From Eledone cirrhosa (Eukaryota), in contig OZ024752.1 of assembly GCA_964016885.1 (NCBI GenBank), forward strand, positions 22,940,001 to 23,004,000: a stretch of 64,000 nt of DNA, written 5' to 3'. Shown piece by piece: positions 13,172-26,040 of this stretch. Under the pieces are notes generated by a model. The model was not told the DNA's origin and did no database searches. It saw only the letters and a program-made list of their open reading frames with translations. Numbering within the stretch: the first letter of the stretch is position 1; the number at the start of each line of letters is the position of its first letter. A program made the position numbers and the translations under genes.

Positions 13172-13929
13172 ATAACAGATTAAAGTTTAAGCAAAGATTC
13201 GCTGCTTTCACCCTTAATAGGATCTTCTGAAACTAAAAAAAATCAATCTGTGAACGCAGAAGTAAATATTTCGAAAAACGTTGCAACCGAAGGAAAACAG
13301 GAAGACGATACTTTAGTTCGTGAAGACGTTCCCTGGCAATGAACGAAAAAAAGCGAAGATAATACGTCAGCAATGAGAACATTATTTGCTCTAGGGTTCT
13401 TATATATTTGATATATATTTATCTTTATCAAGCCCTCTTTGGATTTTAGTCTTCACATTTATTATTATTACTAATATATACATATATATAATTAATTATT
13501 GAGAGGGCGTGCGGTATCTTTGCACTGAATTAAAAGCTGGTTAGAAGCGAAGTCAATGCAGACAGGCAGCTAGACAGACAGATATAAGATATTATTAGAT
13601 AGCTATGTATCTAATGCAGACAGCCAGACACACAGAGACATATTATAAGGGCGCGACGTTATAGCTATGTATCTATCTAAAAAGACAGACTAAGAAAGAG
13701 AGGAATGTCGTATAACCGGAAGTGTAGACATTTGAACATTTTAAAGAAGTGAATATTTAAATAAATGATAAAATATCTTTAATCTTTTAACGAAATTTAG
13801 AAGACAAAAATACCCTCACTTTCTTACTTGGAAAAAGTTACATCTCTGGTGCAAATTTGGTGCTGTTTGGTCCAGCCGTTTGGTGAAAAGTTTGTTACAT
13901 ACATACGGCCGTCAGCTTCATAATATAGA
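12490..13929 (-). mobile_element. Helitron deletion derivative (family B) with Pif1-like helicase C-terminus
   Basis: ORF 12779-13042 contains [26 protein letters not shown]. 5' A|TC; 3' GC-rich hairpin + TTAG|T. 3' part homologous to 32080-32507. Confidence 0.88.
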
Positions 13930-13935
13930 TGTATG

Positions 13936-14382
13936 TGTAGCGCTCTCTAGACAGGGAAGTAGCTAGAGTTACTTCCCGTCGAAAGTCTAGAACCCTCTTT
14001 GTAACTTCCGGAAAGAGGATATAAATAGCAGCAACGCAGTCAAACTCTCTCTCTTTTTGGCGCCTTCCTTCGAACTGACAACACTGAAGACAAGCATGTT
14101 AACTTTTCTCTAACCACTTATCATGGATCTGGACTATACCTAATTATGTACGAGAATATTTGTTTACAACAATTATAACATGGAACTACAATAAAAATGA
14201 GGACTTATATTCGATACCCGTTCCGAGGAACTGCTTACGTTTTATCATTACCTTTGTAATGGGAATTAACTCTCATTCGACATGGTGTTATGTAAAAATA
14301 TCTTATCCTTTTCTTTATAAAATTTAGTAGTTAGATTCCGGTGACATTTACTCGAGTAAATAACCCTGGGTCTGGCAAAACA
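13936..14382 (+). mobile_element. Possible solo LTR
   Basis: TGT...ACA ends, TATAAATA at ~14020, AATAAA at ~14190; no TSD seen. Confidence 0.4.
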
Positions 14383-14399
14383 CTTAATATGTATATGTA

Positions 14400-14628
14400 T
14401 AGTTCGAGTCATGTCCGATATGAACAAGGACCACTTAATCCGAGCTAGTAAACAATTTCGACCCTCCGCGTAAAGGCAGTTATTGATGCTTATGGTGGTT
14501 TTATTGAATGAAATTATTAAATTGATAATTTAGCTTTATATTTATGTTATTTTTATAAGAATACAGTTTTTTCTGTTTTTATATAAGCGTTTTTTTTAAA
14601 ACCATAAATCTCAAATGCCGTCCTCACC

Positions 14629-14631
<3 letters not shown>
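14400..14631 (+). mobile_element. 3' end of maT/Tc1-type transposon
   Basis: MNKDHLIRASKQFR..VKAVIDAYGGFIE* C-terminus and CACCCTG|TA TIR end like 25544. Confidence 0.65.
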
Positions 14632-14657
<26 letters not shown>

Positions 14658-14660
<3 letters not shown>

Positions 14661-14861
14661 GAACGAATAGGACCCCGACGGCTGAGCTCAAGTCGTTTCG
14701 ACGGATAATTCTGGACGGCTAATTGAGTCCAGAATTAGCCGTCGAAACGGCTTGAGCTCAGCCGTCGGGGTCCTACTCGTTCCTATTACCCACTCTACTA
14801 CCCTAAGTATTGAGTACTTGGTGCGTTATGGTCCACCTGGTTCCTTACCACATTTCCTTCG

Positions 14862-14862
<1 letters not shown>
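14658..14862 (+). mobile_element. Fold-back mini-element (PLE terminus-derived, 3' half of HHR)
   Basis: Hairpin 14658-14785 plus 77-nt tail, (TA)n on both sides. Contains GTC-GAAA-CGGCT..AGCCG-TC-GGGG. Related copies at 27383/28549, 38554, 43651, 44598. Confidence 0.75.
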
Positions 14863-14904
<42 letters not shown>

Positions 14905-15207
14905 CACATACATATATACACACAACCTCATACACACACATATACACGTGTGTGTGATTGTAGACACCTGACCATTTTTGCAGACCTCACCAATGAATAG
15001 CCATTGTTTGCTTGGAATAAATAAGGAGTGCCTCTCAGTGTGAGTTTGTCTATAGGTACTTAGCTTGAATTTTTTTCTGCCTTTGTATGACTTTTTTAAA
15101 GAATCCCCTTCTTTAAACCCATTAACCAATAACCTCCGCCCATCCCAATCACCACCCTCTCCTACCACCAGAAAATGTATAAATACCACCATATTACATT
15201 GACAGTC

Positions 15208-15258
15208 GGCTTCCTGGTGATTTCTCCTGAATGAAAACGTTCTAGTCCTGTAGAAGCC
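15208..15258 (+). ncRNA. Degenerate type I hammerhead ribozyme in PLE terminus 14960-15340
   Basis: GGCTTC CTGGTGA ..GAAA.. GTA GAAGCC; homologous to the intact motif at 42113. Confidence 0.55.
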
Positions 15259-15339
15259 ATTTCTATATTAAATATTTATACTCTGGTATGTATTGAGTGC
15301 CTTACTTACTGTGGTTACCCCCAATTGAACTCGGGATAA

Positions 15340-15408
<69 letters not shown>

Positions 15409-15519
15409 GAAATGGTTACACAACAGTTAGTTCACCATGCCGAGAACAATTGTTTCACCTTAACGGATCCTTACGAGCTGAAGATATTACGTCCCATATA
15501 TTACCTTCCAGTGTTCTAC

Positions 15520-15550
<31 letters not shown>

Positions 15551-15686
15551 ATGTAGAGGTTATATTTAATTTATTGGGATACAACAAGGTAAATATTTTT
15601 ATAACTGATATAAAGCACTCAACAAATTATTGGAGTAAATATACAATATATTAACAAATGGAAACTATATTTATAAAACCATATTT

Positions 15687-15750
15687 ATTTCATTATACAT
15701 ATTTCAAGGGCCACCAGAGCAAACTATGGTGCGCTTTCATCAGATAAAAT
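15687..15750 (-). ncRNA. Type I hammerhead ribozyme in PLE terminus 15552-15830
   Basis: ATTTTAT CTGATGA AAG..CTT GAAA TATGTA TA ATGAAAT. Confidence 0.75.
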
Positions 15751-15857
15751 ATAATATAGGTTAGTTTTATAAATAAATATTGACATACCCTTAAAAAATG
15801 CAACCATTCTGGTTGGAATCTCCTGGATTATATATAAATCTCCTGTGTATATATAAA

Positions 15858-16668
15858 TCTATATATATAAAGTTGTATTCCTGTTTGTTCACGAGCTCCT
15901 CCTATGGTTTTGGAGATAGACCCCCATAACCATATATATTCTGAAACTACATTGCCAAGGGTACTTGGATAAGTATATTTCATTTTAATCAAAGGGTTCC
16001 CCGGGGGCAGAAACCTCCACTGAAAACTCACGCTGAAAACTTTTCCCTTCGATTTATATGAAATTTAAACACTAGGTAAATGACAAGATATGATGTACTT
16101 CACAAAATTTCAGCAAATTCTTCAGCAAATTTCAATAATATTAAGACACTCTAATGGGAGTTAAACCCCCTATAGTGAAAATTTTGGCCAATAAATGGAA
16201 AAAGATTTTACGAACTCTTCCTATGGTTTTGGCGATAGACCCCCATAACCATATATATTCTGAAATACATTGCCCTGGGTACTTGGATAAGTATATTTCA
16301 TTTTAATCAAAGGGTTCTCCGGGGTCACAAAACCCCCGCTGAAAATGTTTTCCCTTCGATTTATATGAAATTTAAGCCATAGGGAAATGACAAGATATGA
16401 TGCCTATTCACAAAAGTTTTGAATTGATATTTAAAAAAAAATTATCTACAAGAAACAAAATAAGAATAAGATTGAATAATGTAATTTTGATTTGATATAT
16501 TACAAAAAATAATGTTTTCCAATTTTTCATGCATTACATTTTACATTGAGTAATATTGAAATGCAGAGTTTTTCTCCATAAATTATATCACTGATTTAAA
16601 ATCAATCATCATTTTCTTACAAAAAAGAATATGTGTGAAATGCAACAAGGTGCGGGTAATTCAGCTAG
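15858..16668 (+). mobile_element. Non-autonomous Helitron-like element (family C) with ~200-bp internal direct repeat
   Basis: A|TC start, ends GCGGGTAATTCAGCTAG|T; 15896-16110 is repeated at 16215-16412. Confidence 0.6.
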
Positions 16669-16671
16669 TAC

Positions 16672-16711
<40 letters not shown>

Positions 16712-16734
16712 AATTGTATATGTATATATATAAG

Positions 16735-19510
16735 TAGAAGGGATATTTAATTTGTTGGAAATCCGATAAATATAAATATAAATATTTATAACTGATTTAG
16801 AGCACTCAAGGTCCTGGAGTAAATATTCAATGATATTTACCAGTCAGACTTATAGCACCATCTAAATCAGACTTAGACATAGTTAGTAAACATATATTAG
16901 ATAGAATCATACCGCAACTTAAAGAAATATCTTACCTAAAACTATGGAATGGTACTAATGAGGTTATAGATTGGTTCAATAACATAAAATTTAAACATAA
17001 CACAAAATTCATTCAAATGGACTACTCCTCTATTACTCTTAGTTTACTTAATAAGGCTCTTATCTATGCATCTAAACATACAGATCTATCTAGTGAAGAA
17101 ATGCATATCATTTTAACCGGACGGAAAACTTTAATTGAATTCAAGAATCATCTCTGGACAAGAACCGATAGAAAAAATAATTTTGATATCACCATGGGAT
17201 CATCTGACTCGGCGCAAATAACGGATCTATTGTGGGGTTATTTATTAATAATACACTGCATAGAAAAATACCAGAGATGACCGGTGGTTTATATCGTGAT
17301 GATATGCTGCTTTTAATTGAAAATCATAGTAATTGTGAAATTAATAGGAAAAGAAAATCCATAATACAATTCTTCAATAACTACAACCTTAAGTTAGAAA
17401 TAGAGAATAACTATAAAATCGTTAACTTTTTAGACGTAACATTAAACCTTAGCACAGGCTCTACTATCCATTCCATAAAATTAATGAGAATCTAAATTAT
17501 GTAAGTTTTAACTCTAATCATCCTAGATCTATCAAGAACACTATTGTGAATTGTGTCCAACAACGGATTTCACGCGTCTCCGCTAATAAAAACAGTTTTT
17601 ATGATAAGGCTGAATATTATAATGAAGCTTTAAATAGAGCAGAGTATATAAATAAGATTAAATACATTGACAACAATAATAGGGCGATTCACCCTACTAT
17701 TAATTGTAATAATAATAAACAATTTAATTTAAACTCTAAAACTAACAGAACTAGAAATATCATTTGGTATTCACCCCCATTCTCATTAAGCATTAAAACA
17801 CCTTTAGCAAAGCTATTCTTTAAAGCACTAGATAAATGTTTTCCTAAAGCCCACAGGTACCACTCAATCTTTAACAGACATACTATAAAACTATCCTACT
17901 CTACTACTATGAACATAGCACAACATATAAATAGAATTAATAATAAAATTTAAACCTTAACCAAAATAGCAATAATAATATTTCTAGCAATAGTAGCGTT
18001 CCGAGCAACAACAACTCCGCAAAATGTAACTGTAGAATTAAATCAAACTGTCCTTTACAAAATAAGTGTTTTGATAAAAACGTGGTCTATAAATGCAGGT
18101 AAAACTAGTGGAAATATATTTAACTATGTCGGTGCCACTTCTACAGAATTTAAACTTCTCTTTCAAACCTGATATGGAACTTAAAATGCAAGAATATGGA
18201 CTATTCATTAGCTTGGAAAACAGTTTCTGAAGCACCCGCGTACTGAAACACAGCTTTATCTAAATTCTGTAAATTGTGTATTGAGGAAATGTTTTTATAT
18301 ACTTAACTGTAAAAACTCTATTAATCTAAGAACGAATTTATTTAATTCTTGTAGACATCGCCAGAATTCAACATTCAGAACTATATATAACTTATAATTA
18401 TACTTATAATATTAATCTCCATAACAATCTCATCTACTTGGTTTTAATATATTGATATCTCTAACATTTGCTGTACTTCCACTTCTTAAACATTTTCATA
18501 TAATATATACGTATAAAATTCTAATTTTTAAATTTTAATTTTAATAATTTTTTATTTCTTTAAAAAATTACTTATCTCTTAAAAAAATTATTTAAAAAAA
18601 AATTTTCATAAAAGATTTTTCAAACATTAAAAAAAAATCTTTTTTAATTTTTTCAATATTTTTTCAATAGATTAATAACCACTAACTGATTATGGCTAAA
18701 TGTATCTTAAACATCCATACTTATTTTGACTAAATAGTCTCACACTAACGAATAAATAAATAAAATCGGAGTTTTTTCCTTATCTTCCATTTTCAATGAT
18801 ATAAATATAAATATTATTACTTAACTCAGTTAATTTAATTTAATTTAATTTTAAATCATTCTCAATTTTAAATACATATTTATTTACATAAAATACAAAA
18901 CCAATATCCCTCATAACTCATTAGAACAACTATCTATAACATGATATACCCATTTATTTATTTATTTGTCTACTTAAAACAGAAGAAAAACATCCCTCGT
19001 AACTCATATTATATTATAAACAAATTTTAAACAACTAATAATCGTAAAATATACTTTTAATATACTATTAAAATATATACTTATATATATACATAGATAA
19101 TTGTTCGAATATATTTCCCTCAAATTAACGTTATATGAGCTTTTCATTCATCTTCGCTTTTTTCCTTCTCTCTCTCACTATTTTGTCCTTCTCTCTTCTC
19201 TCTCTCACTATCATATATTATATATATAAACTATCCAGAGTCGTTTTAATAAATGGTTGCTTTTCAATCATTTACATATTCATTTGCAGATTCACCCATA
19301 AGTTTGAAAAATCAATAATACATTTCCACTATCCAGAGAATATCCAACTGATAAGGTATGATTTTCCTGGGTATGTCTCTATTTATAAAACAAACTTTGT
19401 ATTTTATCTGAAGAAAGCGTACCAAAGTGTTTTGGTACCCTTGAAATATATATAATAAAATAGATATGGTTTTATAAATATAGTTTCCATTTATTTAATA
19501 TCATTGAATA
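16735..19510 (+). mobile_element. Degenerate 5'-truncated Penelope-like element with inverted terminal piece
   Basis: RT motifs FDITMGSSDSAQITDL, GLYRDD, VNFLDVTL, IIWYSPPFS; GIY-YIG remnant ~18080-18390; HHR at 19400. 16735-16838 is an inverted terminal segment. Confidence 0.88.
19400..19462 (+). ncRNA. Type I hammerhead ribozyme
   Basis: TATTTTAT CTGAAGA AAG..GTACCAAA/TTTGGTAC..CTT GAAA TATATA TA ATAAAATA; palindromic stem III. Confidence 0.8.
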
Positions 19511-19516
19511 TGTATG

Positions 19517-19607
<91 letters not shown>

Positions 19608-19639
19608 ATATATATATATATAAGTATGTATACGTACAA

Positions 19640-20215
19640 TCATATATGTGTACAGACGTACAGTAGTATGTATATATATACATACATGCACATATATATA
19701 TATATGTACGTATGGGGTTACCGAACATTTATTATAATGCTCGGTTTGTTTGTAATCAAACAGCCCGAATTACGCCGTACAGTGCTCGGCAACCATCGTC
19801 GCCCTTTTGTTCAACACTGACACAGGAATGATGTACTAGTTTCAAGCTTATTAGCTATCGTCATTTCCATTTATCGTTTTCGGTACGCCTGCCGACTAAC
19901 TCACTCAATATGCAAATTAGGCTGCTCAGCCGTTAATATGCATAAGGAAAGTATATACTTTCAAACGTTCAATCATCTGACAGAAAGGTATACGATGCTG
20001 ACGATAGCTAATAAGCTTGAAACTAGTACATCGTTCCTGTGTCAGTGTTGAACAAAAGGGCAACGATGGTTCCCGAGCACTGTACGGCGTAATTCGGGCT
20101 GTTTGATTACAAACAAACCGAACATTATAATAAATGTTAGGTAAACCCATACGTACATATATATATATATGTGTGCATGTATGTATATATATATACATAC
20201 TACTGTATGTATATA
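19640..20215. repeat. Inverted repeat (~220-bp arms, ~135-bp spacer) of an HHR-bearing PLE terminus
   Basis: 19640-19863 is the reverse complement of 19999-20215; a third copy lies at 58640-58830. Confidence 0.85.
19992..20034 (+). ncRNA. Minimal type I hammerhead ribozyme
   Basis: ACGATG CTGACGA TAGCTAATAAGCTT GAAA CTAG TA CATCGT. The mirror copy at 19828-19863 is truncated at the core. Confidence 0.8.
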
Positions 20216-20387
20216 TATATATATATATAGTTTGGTTGACAATTATACTAATGTGCACAGACACACAGATATATTGTCCTTGGTATGGCAGTGTGGTTTT
20301 AGGTCAATGTAGGATAACAGGTATACTCCAGAGCCGTTATAAGTTTAGGAATAACCAAAGAGTGCTTAGAAATACATTGTTTTATTT

Positions 20388-20432
20388 GCTAACAGTGTTT
20401 CATCCATACCCTACGGCAGGAATAATCGGAGC
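20388..20432 (-). ncRNA. Degenerate hammerhead motif
   Basis: GCT CCGATTA TTCC..GGAT GAAA CACTG TT AGC; core has two substitutions. Confidence 0.35.
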
Positions 20433-21830
20433 CTATAAACAAAAGTATATTAAAGATTGCAGCCTCCATCGAGCCTAGTCACCAGAACAAGGAAGAAGGG
20501 CAAGTAGGGGGGCACACAATACATGATACATATAATGTCACAAAAAATTACATCATAAAAATGACGTCATAAAAAATGACGTCAAAAGTTTATCACATAA
20601 ATGGTGCAATAGATCATAAGGAGGTTGAGAGAGGAGAGCAAGAAATGAGTGAGGGTGTTACTCAGCATGATCAAAAAACAAACTAAGCATAGATACATCA
20701 ATTCACAAGCAGTGCAAGCACTTGGTTTACAGGCAGTGTATGAAAGCTTGTAAGCATGAGTCAGTAAACAGAAAAGTTGGTTAGCTGTGGTGCAGCTTTA
20801 CAGGCAGGATTGTTTATAGGAAAAAAGGGTGCACTCCGGTAGGCCTTGTAACAGGTTGATTTCTCCATATCCGGCCATGCAAAGCGACATTTTTAATCAC
20901 ACAGTTATGTTTCCCTCTTCTTAATGACCCTTGTCATACTTCTCACTAATTTGCTCATGGAAGTTGAGGGGTCACAGAGGCGCCATCGAGATATACGGTT
21001 TGAAGCATTGGAGGATCCCAGGCCTCCCTAGGTTAATCATAGAAAACTCCAATATTTGTACTTATTTATCGATCTTGGGAGGTTAAAAAGGGGATTTAAA
21101 CACAGAGAGGTAGAAGGAATACTGCTAAGCGTTCTATCCGACATTTTAATATTCTGCCGCCTCATTACTATTTTATTTCTCTAATTAAATATTTTGCGTT
21201 AAGAGATATACAGAATAATTTCCACGAGAATCAACAGGCAGTAACCTCCTCTCTTTAGTTATCAATAAATTCATCTTTCTTTGTGGTGAATACAGACCTG
21301 TCAACTCTCCCCGTTGGACGGGGAGATCTCTCATCCACATTGGCGTGAGTGAGAGATATTTTTTTGTGCAAATGGGTATAGCTTTCATATGTATAATCTC
21401 CACTTTTTGCCTCATTTCTCCCCGTTTTGGGGCACTTTTTTTCATGGTACTCCCCGTTCGGGTTTTTTGAGGTTGGCAGGTCTGGGTACGTATATACACA
21501 CACAATACGACGCGTGATATATATATTTGCATTGTTGCTCCAACATAGCGATGAATGTACGTATTGTATATACGGGATGTTTATGGAAAAACATTTTGAG
21601 GGCCTTTCGCTAAGAATTTTAAAGATTGTGATTAATGTCACACACCCAGCCTCAGCATAAACTGAGGGAAGTAATTAATGCATTTCTAGCTTATTAGCTG
21701 TTATGAAGACTACATATCTCCCTGTCTTTGTTGAAGCTAATATGTAAGCTTCAATTTTTTTCAAGTTTTTTCGTTTCTGCTATTGCCCGACTCCTCAATC
21801 TTTCTATTTCTTCTTTAATTTTTCACTCTA

Positions 21831-21866
21831 TCTTCTGATGAAAGACAAGCGTCCGAAACGTTAACA
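21831..21866 (+). ncRNA. Minimal hammerhead motif (same family as 31327)
   Basis: TCTT CTGATGA AAGACAAGCGTCC GAAA CGTT AACA. Confidence 0.6.
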
Positions 21867-21967
21867 CACTTTTTCTACTATATCAAGTGTAAAACTAATA
21901 ATATATTTCTTCATTGTACTGTGTCGTTTGCTTTATTATTTCTGTTTCTCTTTTGCATATATATGGA

Positions 21968-22187
21968 TATTAATTTTATTAAGGCTGAATAGTGAGTCTT
22001 GTTAGTCTGGAGTTTCGCCTGTTTACCACAGGGTCATCAGAGAAGAGTTCTTGTCTGATGACCCTGTGATAAACAGGCGAAACTCCTCAGTAGCAAGACT
22101 CACTATTCAGCCTTAATAAAATGAATATTAAAACTCTACTTCAGTATTAAGTACTCCATCCTCTCCGCTGTCAACCACATACGGATA
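21968..22187. mobile_element. Fold-back mini-element with two divergent hammerheads
   Basis: Arms 21968-22046 / 22049-22128. Plus-strand HHR TCTTGT CTGATGA CCCTGT..ACAGGC GAAA CTCCTCAG TA GCAAGA (22049-22098); ~60-nt tail on the right arm only. Confidence 0.8.
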
Positions 22188-22202
22188 TATATATATTATT
22201 AC

Positions 22203-22239
<37 letters not shown>

Positions 22240-22242
<3 letters not shown>

Positions 22243-23929
22243 AATATCTTTAAGTCGTTTGGAAGCCTCGACAATGCAAATGGGTAAATCTCCGGGTAAC
22301 AAGATCCGGTGGTGGAGAGAGAGATGTAAGTGGGTGTACGTTGAGATGCGTGGTGTGTATAAGATGTGTAAGATGTGTAGAAGAATGAAGGGAAGAGTAT
22401 AAAGGATAAAATAAAAATAACAACACAAGAGAGAGTTACCTTGGGAGAGATTTAATAGTCCCTATATATTTCGGATTCACATCCATCAACTGGGGTTTTT
22501 TTCCGGGGTGGGGGAAAGGTTGTCTGTCGGACAGGTGCGAAACGCGTCCTCCGCTGTTTGTTGTTTTGAATATCTGAGGTATTCGGCAGAGCGCGCGTGC
22601 GCGTGAAATGGGGTCGGTCGGGCAGAGGTCAGCGGCTGAATGAGGGAGTGGGGGGGGGGCGCTAGCTGTCAGTCCATTCTCTGCCTGTTTGTTAAATTTT
22701 ACTGTGTGTGTGTGTGCGTGTGTTGTTGTCTCGCTTGAGTGTGTGTGCGTGTGTTGTTGCCTTGTTCCTCTGTATTGGCAGTGTAGTATGTTCGTATGGT
22801 GGAATTCAACTGTGTGTGTGTGTAGTTGTCTCGTTTGTGTGTGTGTGTGTGTGTGTGCGTGTGTTGTGTGTTGCTGCATCGTTTGTTAACTTAAACCAGC
22901 CATCTCATTTCGCTTCTCTCTGATCGGTTGTTTATTTGCGGTTGCAGTCGTTTGATAAAAAGCGCTTCCTTGATACGTAACGTGCCGACGTTTCTTTCAG
23001 TCGCTAGAATTGTGACAATGGGCCTTCCGTCTTTGTTTCCGCATTTGTCTATGTGTTTCCGGAAAGACGAGGCCCTGGTTTTAGTGTGTTCCTTGATCCG
23101 GATGTGCAAAGGTCGGATTGTGCTACCTATGTAGTATTGGTTGCACCTGTCACATTCTATCTTATACACGACGTATGTGCGTAGGCAACAGTTCGCATGG
23201 CGTATCGGGCAGTCTCCGAGGGAGCATGCGTCAGTAGATTTCCCGGGTTTCCTGGAGAGGCATCTTCGCAGGGAGGGGCCCGAGTGGGCCAGGTGGATGT
23301 CGAGGCCCTCCCTCCGTATAGCCTTGCGGATAGCGTTGGTGGTATTCTCGCCCAGGTGTGGCAGTTTAAGGAAGCACTTGCCTTGGGTGCCTCTCTGTCT
23401 CTTGTGTCTGGTGTCTCCTATTCTGTCTGTGATCGAGGTAGGGTACCCGTTCGTCTCCAGCACCTCGAGGAATCGCTTGGTATGAGTGACACCACTCGCG
23501 GGATCGCTGCATCTGTTTTTGATTCGCGCGATCTCGTTCTTGGTGTATCCTCTTTTGGCACTGTTAGGGAGGGCGGACTTGTAGTGAACGAACAGGTCCC
23601 TGCAGGCTGCCTTTCGATAGAAGTTGCAGTGGATCCTTCCCTGTTCCGTGATGTTGATTCGGAAGTCGAGGAGGGCAAGTGACCCGTCTTCGTTGGGGTG
23701 TTCAACACTGAAGTCAATGTTCTCGTCCGTGTTGTTGAACGTCTCATGGATTCTGTTCGCCGTGTCTTGGGAAGATGTGAGGATGAGGATATCGTCCACG
23801 TACCTTGAGAAAAAGGCTACGGCGTTGGGGTGGCAGACGTTGAGTGCCTTGCGTTCGAGGTTGTCCATGTAAGAGATCGCTAGCACACCTGATAGGCTTG
23901 ATCCCATGGGCAATCCCGAGGTTTGTTGG
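22240..23929 (-). mobile_element. 5'-truncated Penelope-like element (GC-rich subfamily)
   Basis: Contains ORF 22891-23913; (TA)n on both sides. Confidence 0.9.
22891..23913 (-). CDS. PLE reverse transcriptase C-terminal half + GIY-YIG endonuclease (340 aa, uninterrupted but N-truncated)
   Basis: PMGSSLS..YMDNLE, FSRYVDD, LLDFRI, NGYP, VVYKIECDRCNQYYIGSTIRPLHIRIKEH, KEALFIK..PQIN. Confidence 0.92.
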   Translation of the reverse strand: MPMGSSLSGVLAISYMDNLERKALNVCHPNAVAFFSRYVDDILILTSSQDTANRIHETFNNTDENIDFSVEHPNEDGSLALLDFRINITEQGRIHCNFYRKAACRDLFVHYKSALPNSAKRGYTKNEIARIKNRCSDPASGVTHTKRFLEVLETNGYPTSITDRIGDTRHKRQRGTQGKCFLKLPHLGENTTNAIRKAIRREGLDIHLAHSGPSLRRCLSRKPGKSTDACSLGDCPIRHANCCLRTYVVYKIECDRCNQYYIGSTIRPLHIRIKEHTKTRASSFRKHIDKCGNKDGRPIVTILATERNVGTLRIKEALFIKRLQPQINNRSERSEMRWLV

Positions 23930-24254
23930 TATATATATATATATATATATATGATGGTTGGTTATAATGAGTGTTACATTACCGTCGTACTTTAAGGATT
24001 CAAACATTAAATGAATGAGCACTGGAATGATTGTAAAGTCAGTAGTGCGTAAATATTATGTTCTGAGTAGAAAGAGGGCAGCTATGTTAAAGTTTGAATT
24101 CAGTTGCTTCATCTAGGTGCGTCTTGTGTAGTGGAATCTGGCTTATTTAGACTGTTTATATCAGTCTGAGTTGTAATATGAAGTAGGTGGAGTAGAAAAT
24201 ATTTCTCTAATCGAGTACCAAATGTTTGTGTGTGTGTGTTTGAATATATATATA

Positions 24255-25544
24255 CAGGGTGTTCGGGCTAAATTTGACAGTTTTTTTTTTATTTAAAGAA
24301 AAATGAATATTTCAGCCCAAAATCAATTTATTGGAGAAATAGAAAGTGGCATAATAATTAAAACAATGAAAATAGAAAATCCACTGAAAAAAGCCGCCCC
24401 CAGAATCCACCACGGCCTCGATCCAACTCCGGAATCTGGAATATGCGGCCTTCATTGTGTCCCTAGGAAGAACCTCAAACGCCTCCTTAATCCTGTCGAT
24501 CAGCTGGTGTTACAAGCAGTGTGGTTGGTATCTTTCTCAACTGCGCCCCACATATAATAACCCATATGATTGCAATCAGGGGAGTTAGGGGGCCCAAACG
24601 TTGGAGCCGGTGAAGTTGTAATAATTCTCTACAACCACTTCTAAGTCTTCCTAGAAGTATGGCAGGGAGCGGAATCGTTCTGCTACACATATGATCTTCC
24701 AGAAGCCACCCTTTCCAATCGTGGTTTAACCACGGTAATCAGCAACTCCATATAGCCAACCAAATTGAGCCTGAGACCCTGTTCAAAGATTTGAGCTGGC
24801 ATGATATCACCCCCATTGGAGACACTTCCAAAGACCATTACAGTTTGGGGAAACTTGGTCTTCATGACACGAGGAACGTTATATGGATTGTAGGCAAGCC
24901 ATCTGTTGTTCTGGGTGTTGTGCACCTGGTCCTGACAAAAATTATTTTCACCAGAGAAGATCTAGATTGTCTCTGGTTCAACAGGAGTTTCTTTCCTTTG
25001 TCAGACGGTTTTCTCGAGTCTTTTCTGTCAGAAGTTGACATTTACGTCTCTTGTATGAGTGGTAGTAGAGGTTCTCATTCAATGCCAGCTTCATGGTGGA
25101 AACTGCAACACCCATTTCCTGTGCTAAAGCTCGAATTCTCTTGCTTGGGTGTTCCATCACATTTTCCTGCAGTTGTTGGACAAATTCTTGTGTGTGGAGG
25201 CAATCAGAATGTCTGCTGTATTCTTTCCTACAAGCCACAGCCTCATAATCTCCATTGCAGCTCTTCATTTGATGTCTTATTGATTTCTCATTGTTCAAAG
25301 AGCATTGGGCAGCTATCATGGTTTTTAATATTGGAAAAGGGTGACCTGGATCGTGATGATGACATGGTTTTCATGACATCATCACGATCCAGGTTACCCT
25401 TTTCCAATATTTAGGTGGTTCCCACTTCTGTTAATGTTGACATCTTTAAAACTGTAGGATTCAGTTTTACATTGCCGTTCAATTTTCAGATACAAGGGGA
25501 TATCGGAACATTTAAAAAAAATCAAATGTATCCCGAACACCCTG
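24255..25544 (-). mobile_element. Full-length but degenerate maT/Tc1-type transposon
   Basis: TIRs CAGGGTGTTCGGG / CCCGAACACCCTG with TA flanks. Fragments HPSKRIRALAQEMGV and HNTQNNRWLA..KTKFPQTVMVFGSVS are homologous to the 6243 element. Confidence 0.88.
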
Positions 25545-25583
25545 TATATTTGCACATAAATATATATATACATATCTATATAC

Positions 25584-25634
<51 letters not shown>

Positions 25635-25635
<1 letters not shown>

Positions 25636-26025
25636 AAATAGGGAGAAGAATACTGCAGGTTGCACATGAATAACATGTTATAACATGAGTCCCTCATCAG
25701 TGATTTGCCAACGATCATAGATATTTCATTGCATTAAAAATCATATACCTCACGTTGGTGCAATAATAACTAAATTAAGTTATTAGGACAATTAAAACGC
25801 GTAAAGCGAGTGAGACAAGTAAACAACAAAGAGGAAAGCTAACCGTAGATAGGAAGGGAACAAGCTACATAGTTATTCTGTCAGCATAAGCTGGGTGAAT
25901 ATATGAGCGCGTAGAAAAAAGACCTTTCGAGATGAATCCAAATGTAAGAAAGAAGGAAATTGTATTCGTCGCGAACGGGGTGAAGTGAGAAGGGGAGAAA
26001 CAGTGAGTGAGTGAGTGGAAGTGTG
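25635..26025 (-). repeat. Dispersed repeat, probable PLE terminus (inverse copy at 42430-42835)
   Basis: Clear reverse-complement similarity; contains CTGATGA; ends in (TA)n. Confidence 0.6.
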
Positions 26026-26040
26026 ATATATATATACACA

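Noticed and set aside
20830-21700. ORFs 21185-21532 and 21255-21641
   Set aside because: No recognisable motif; probably a decayed DNA transposon but unsupported.
22520-22645. GAAA CGCG TC on the plus strand of the GC-rich PLE 3' region
   Set aside because: No properly placed CUGANGA or stem II, and antisense to the element.
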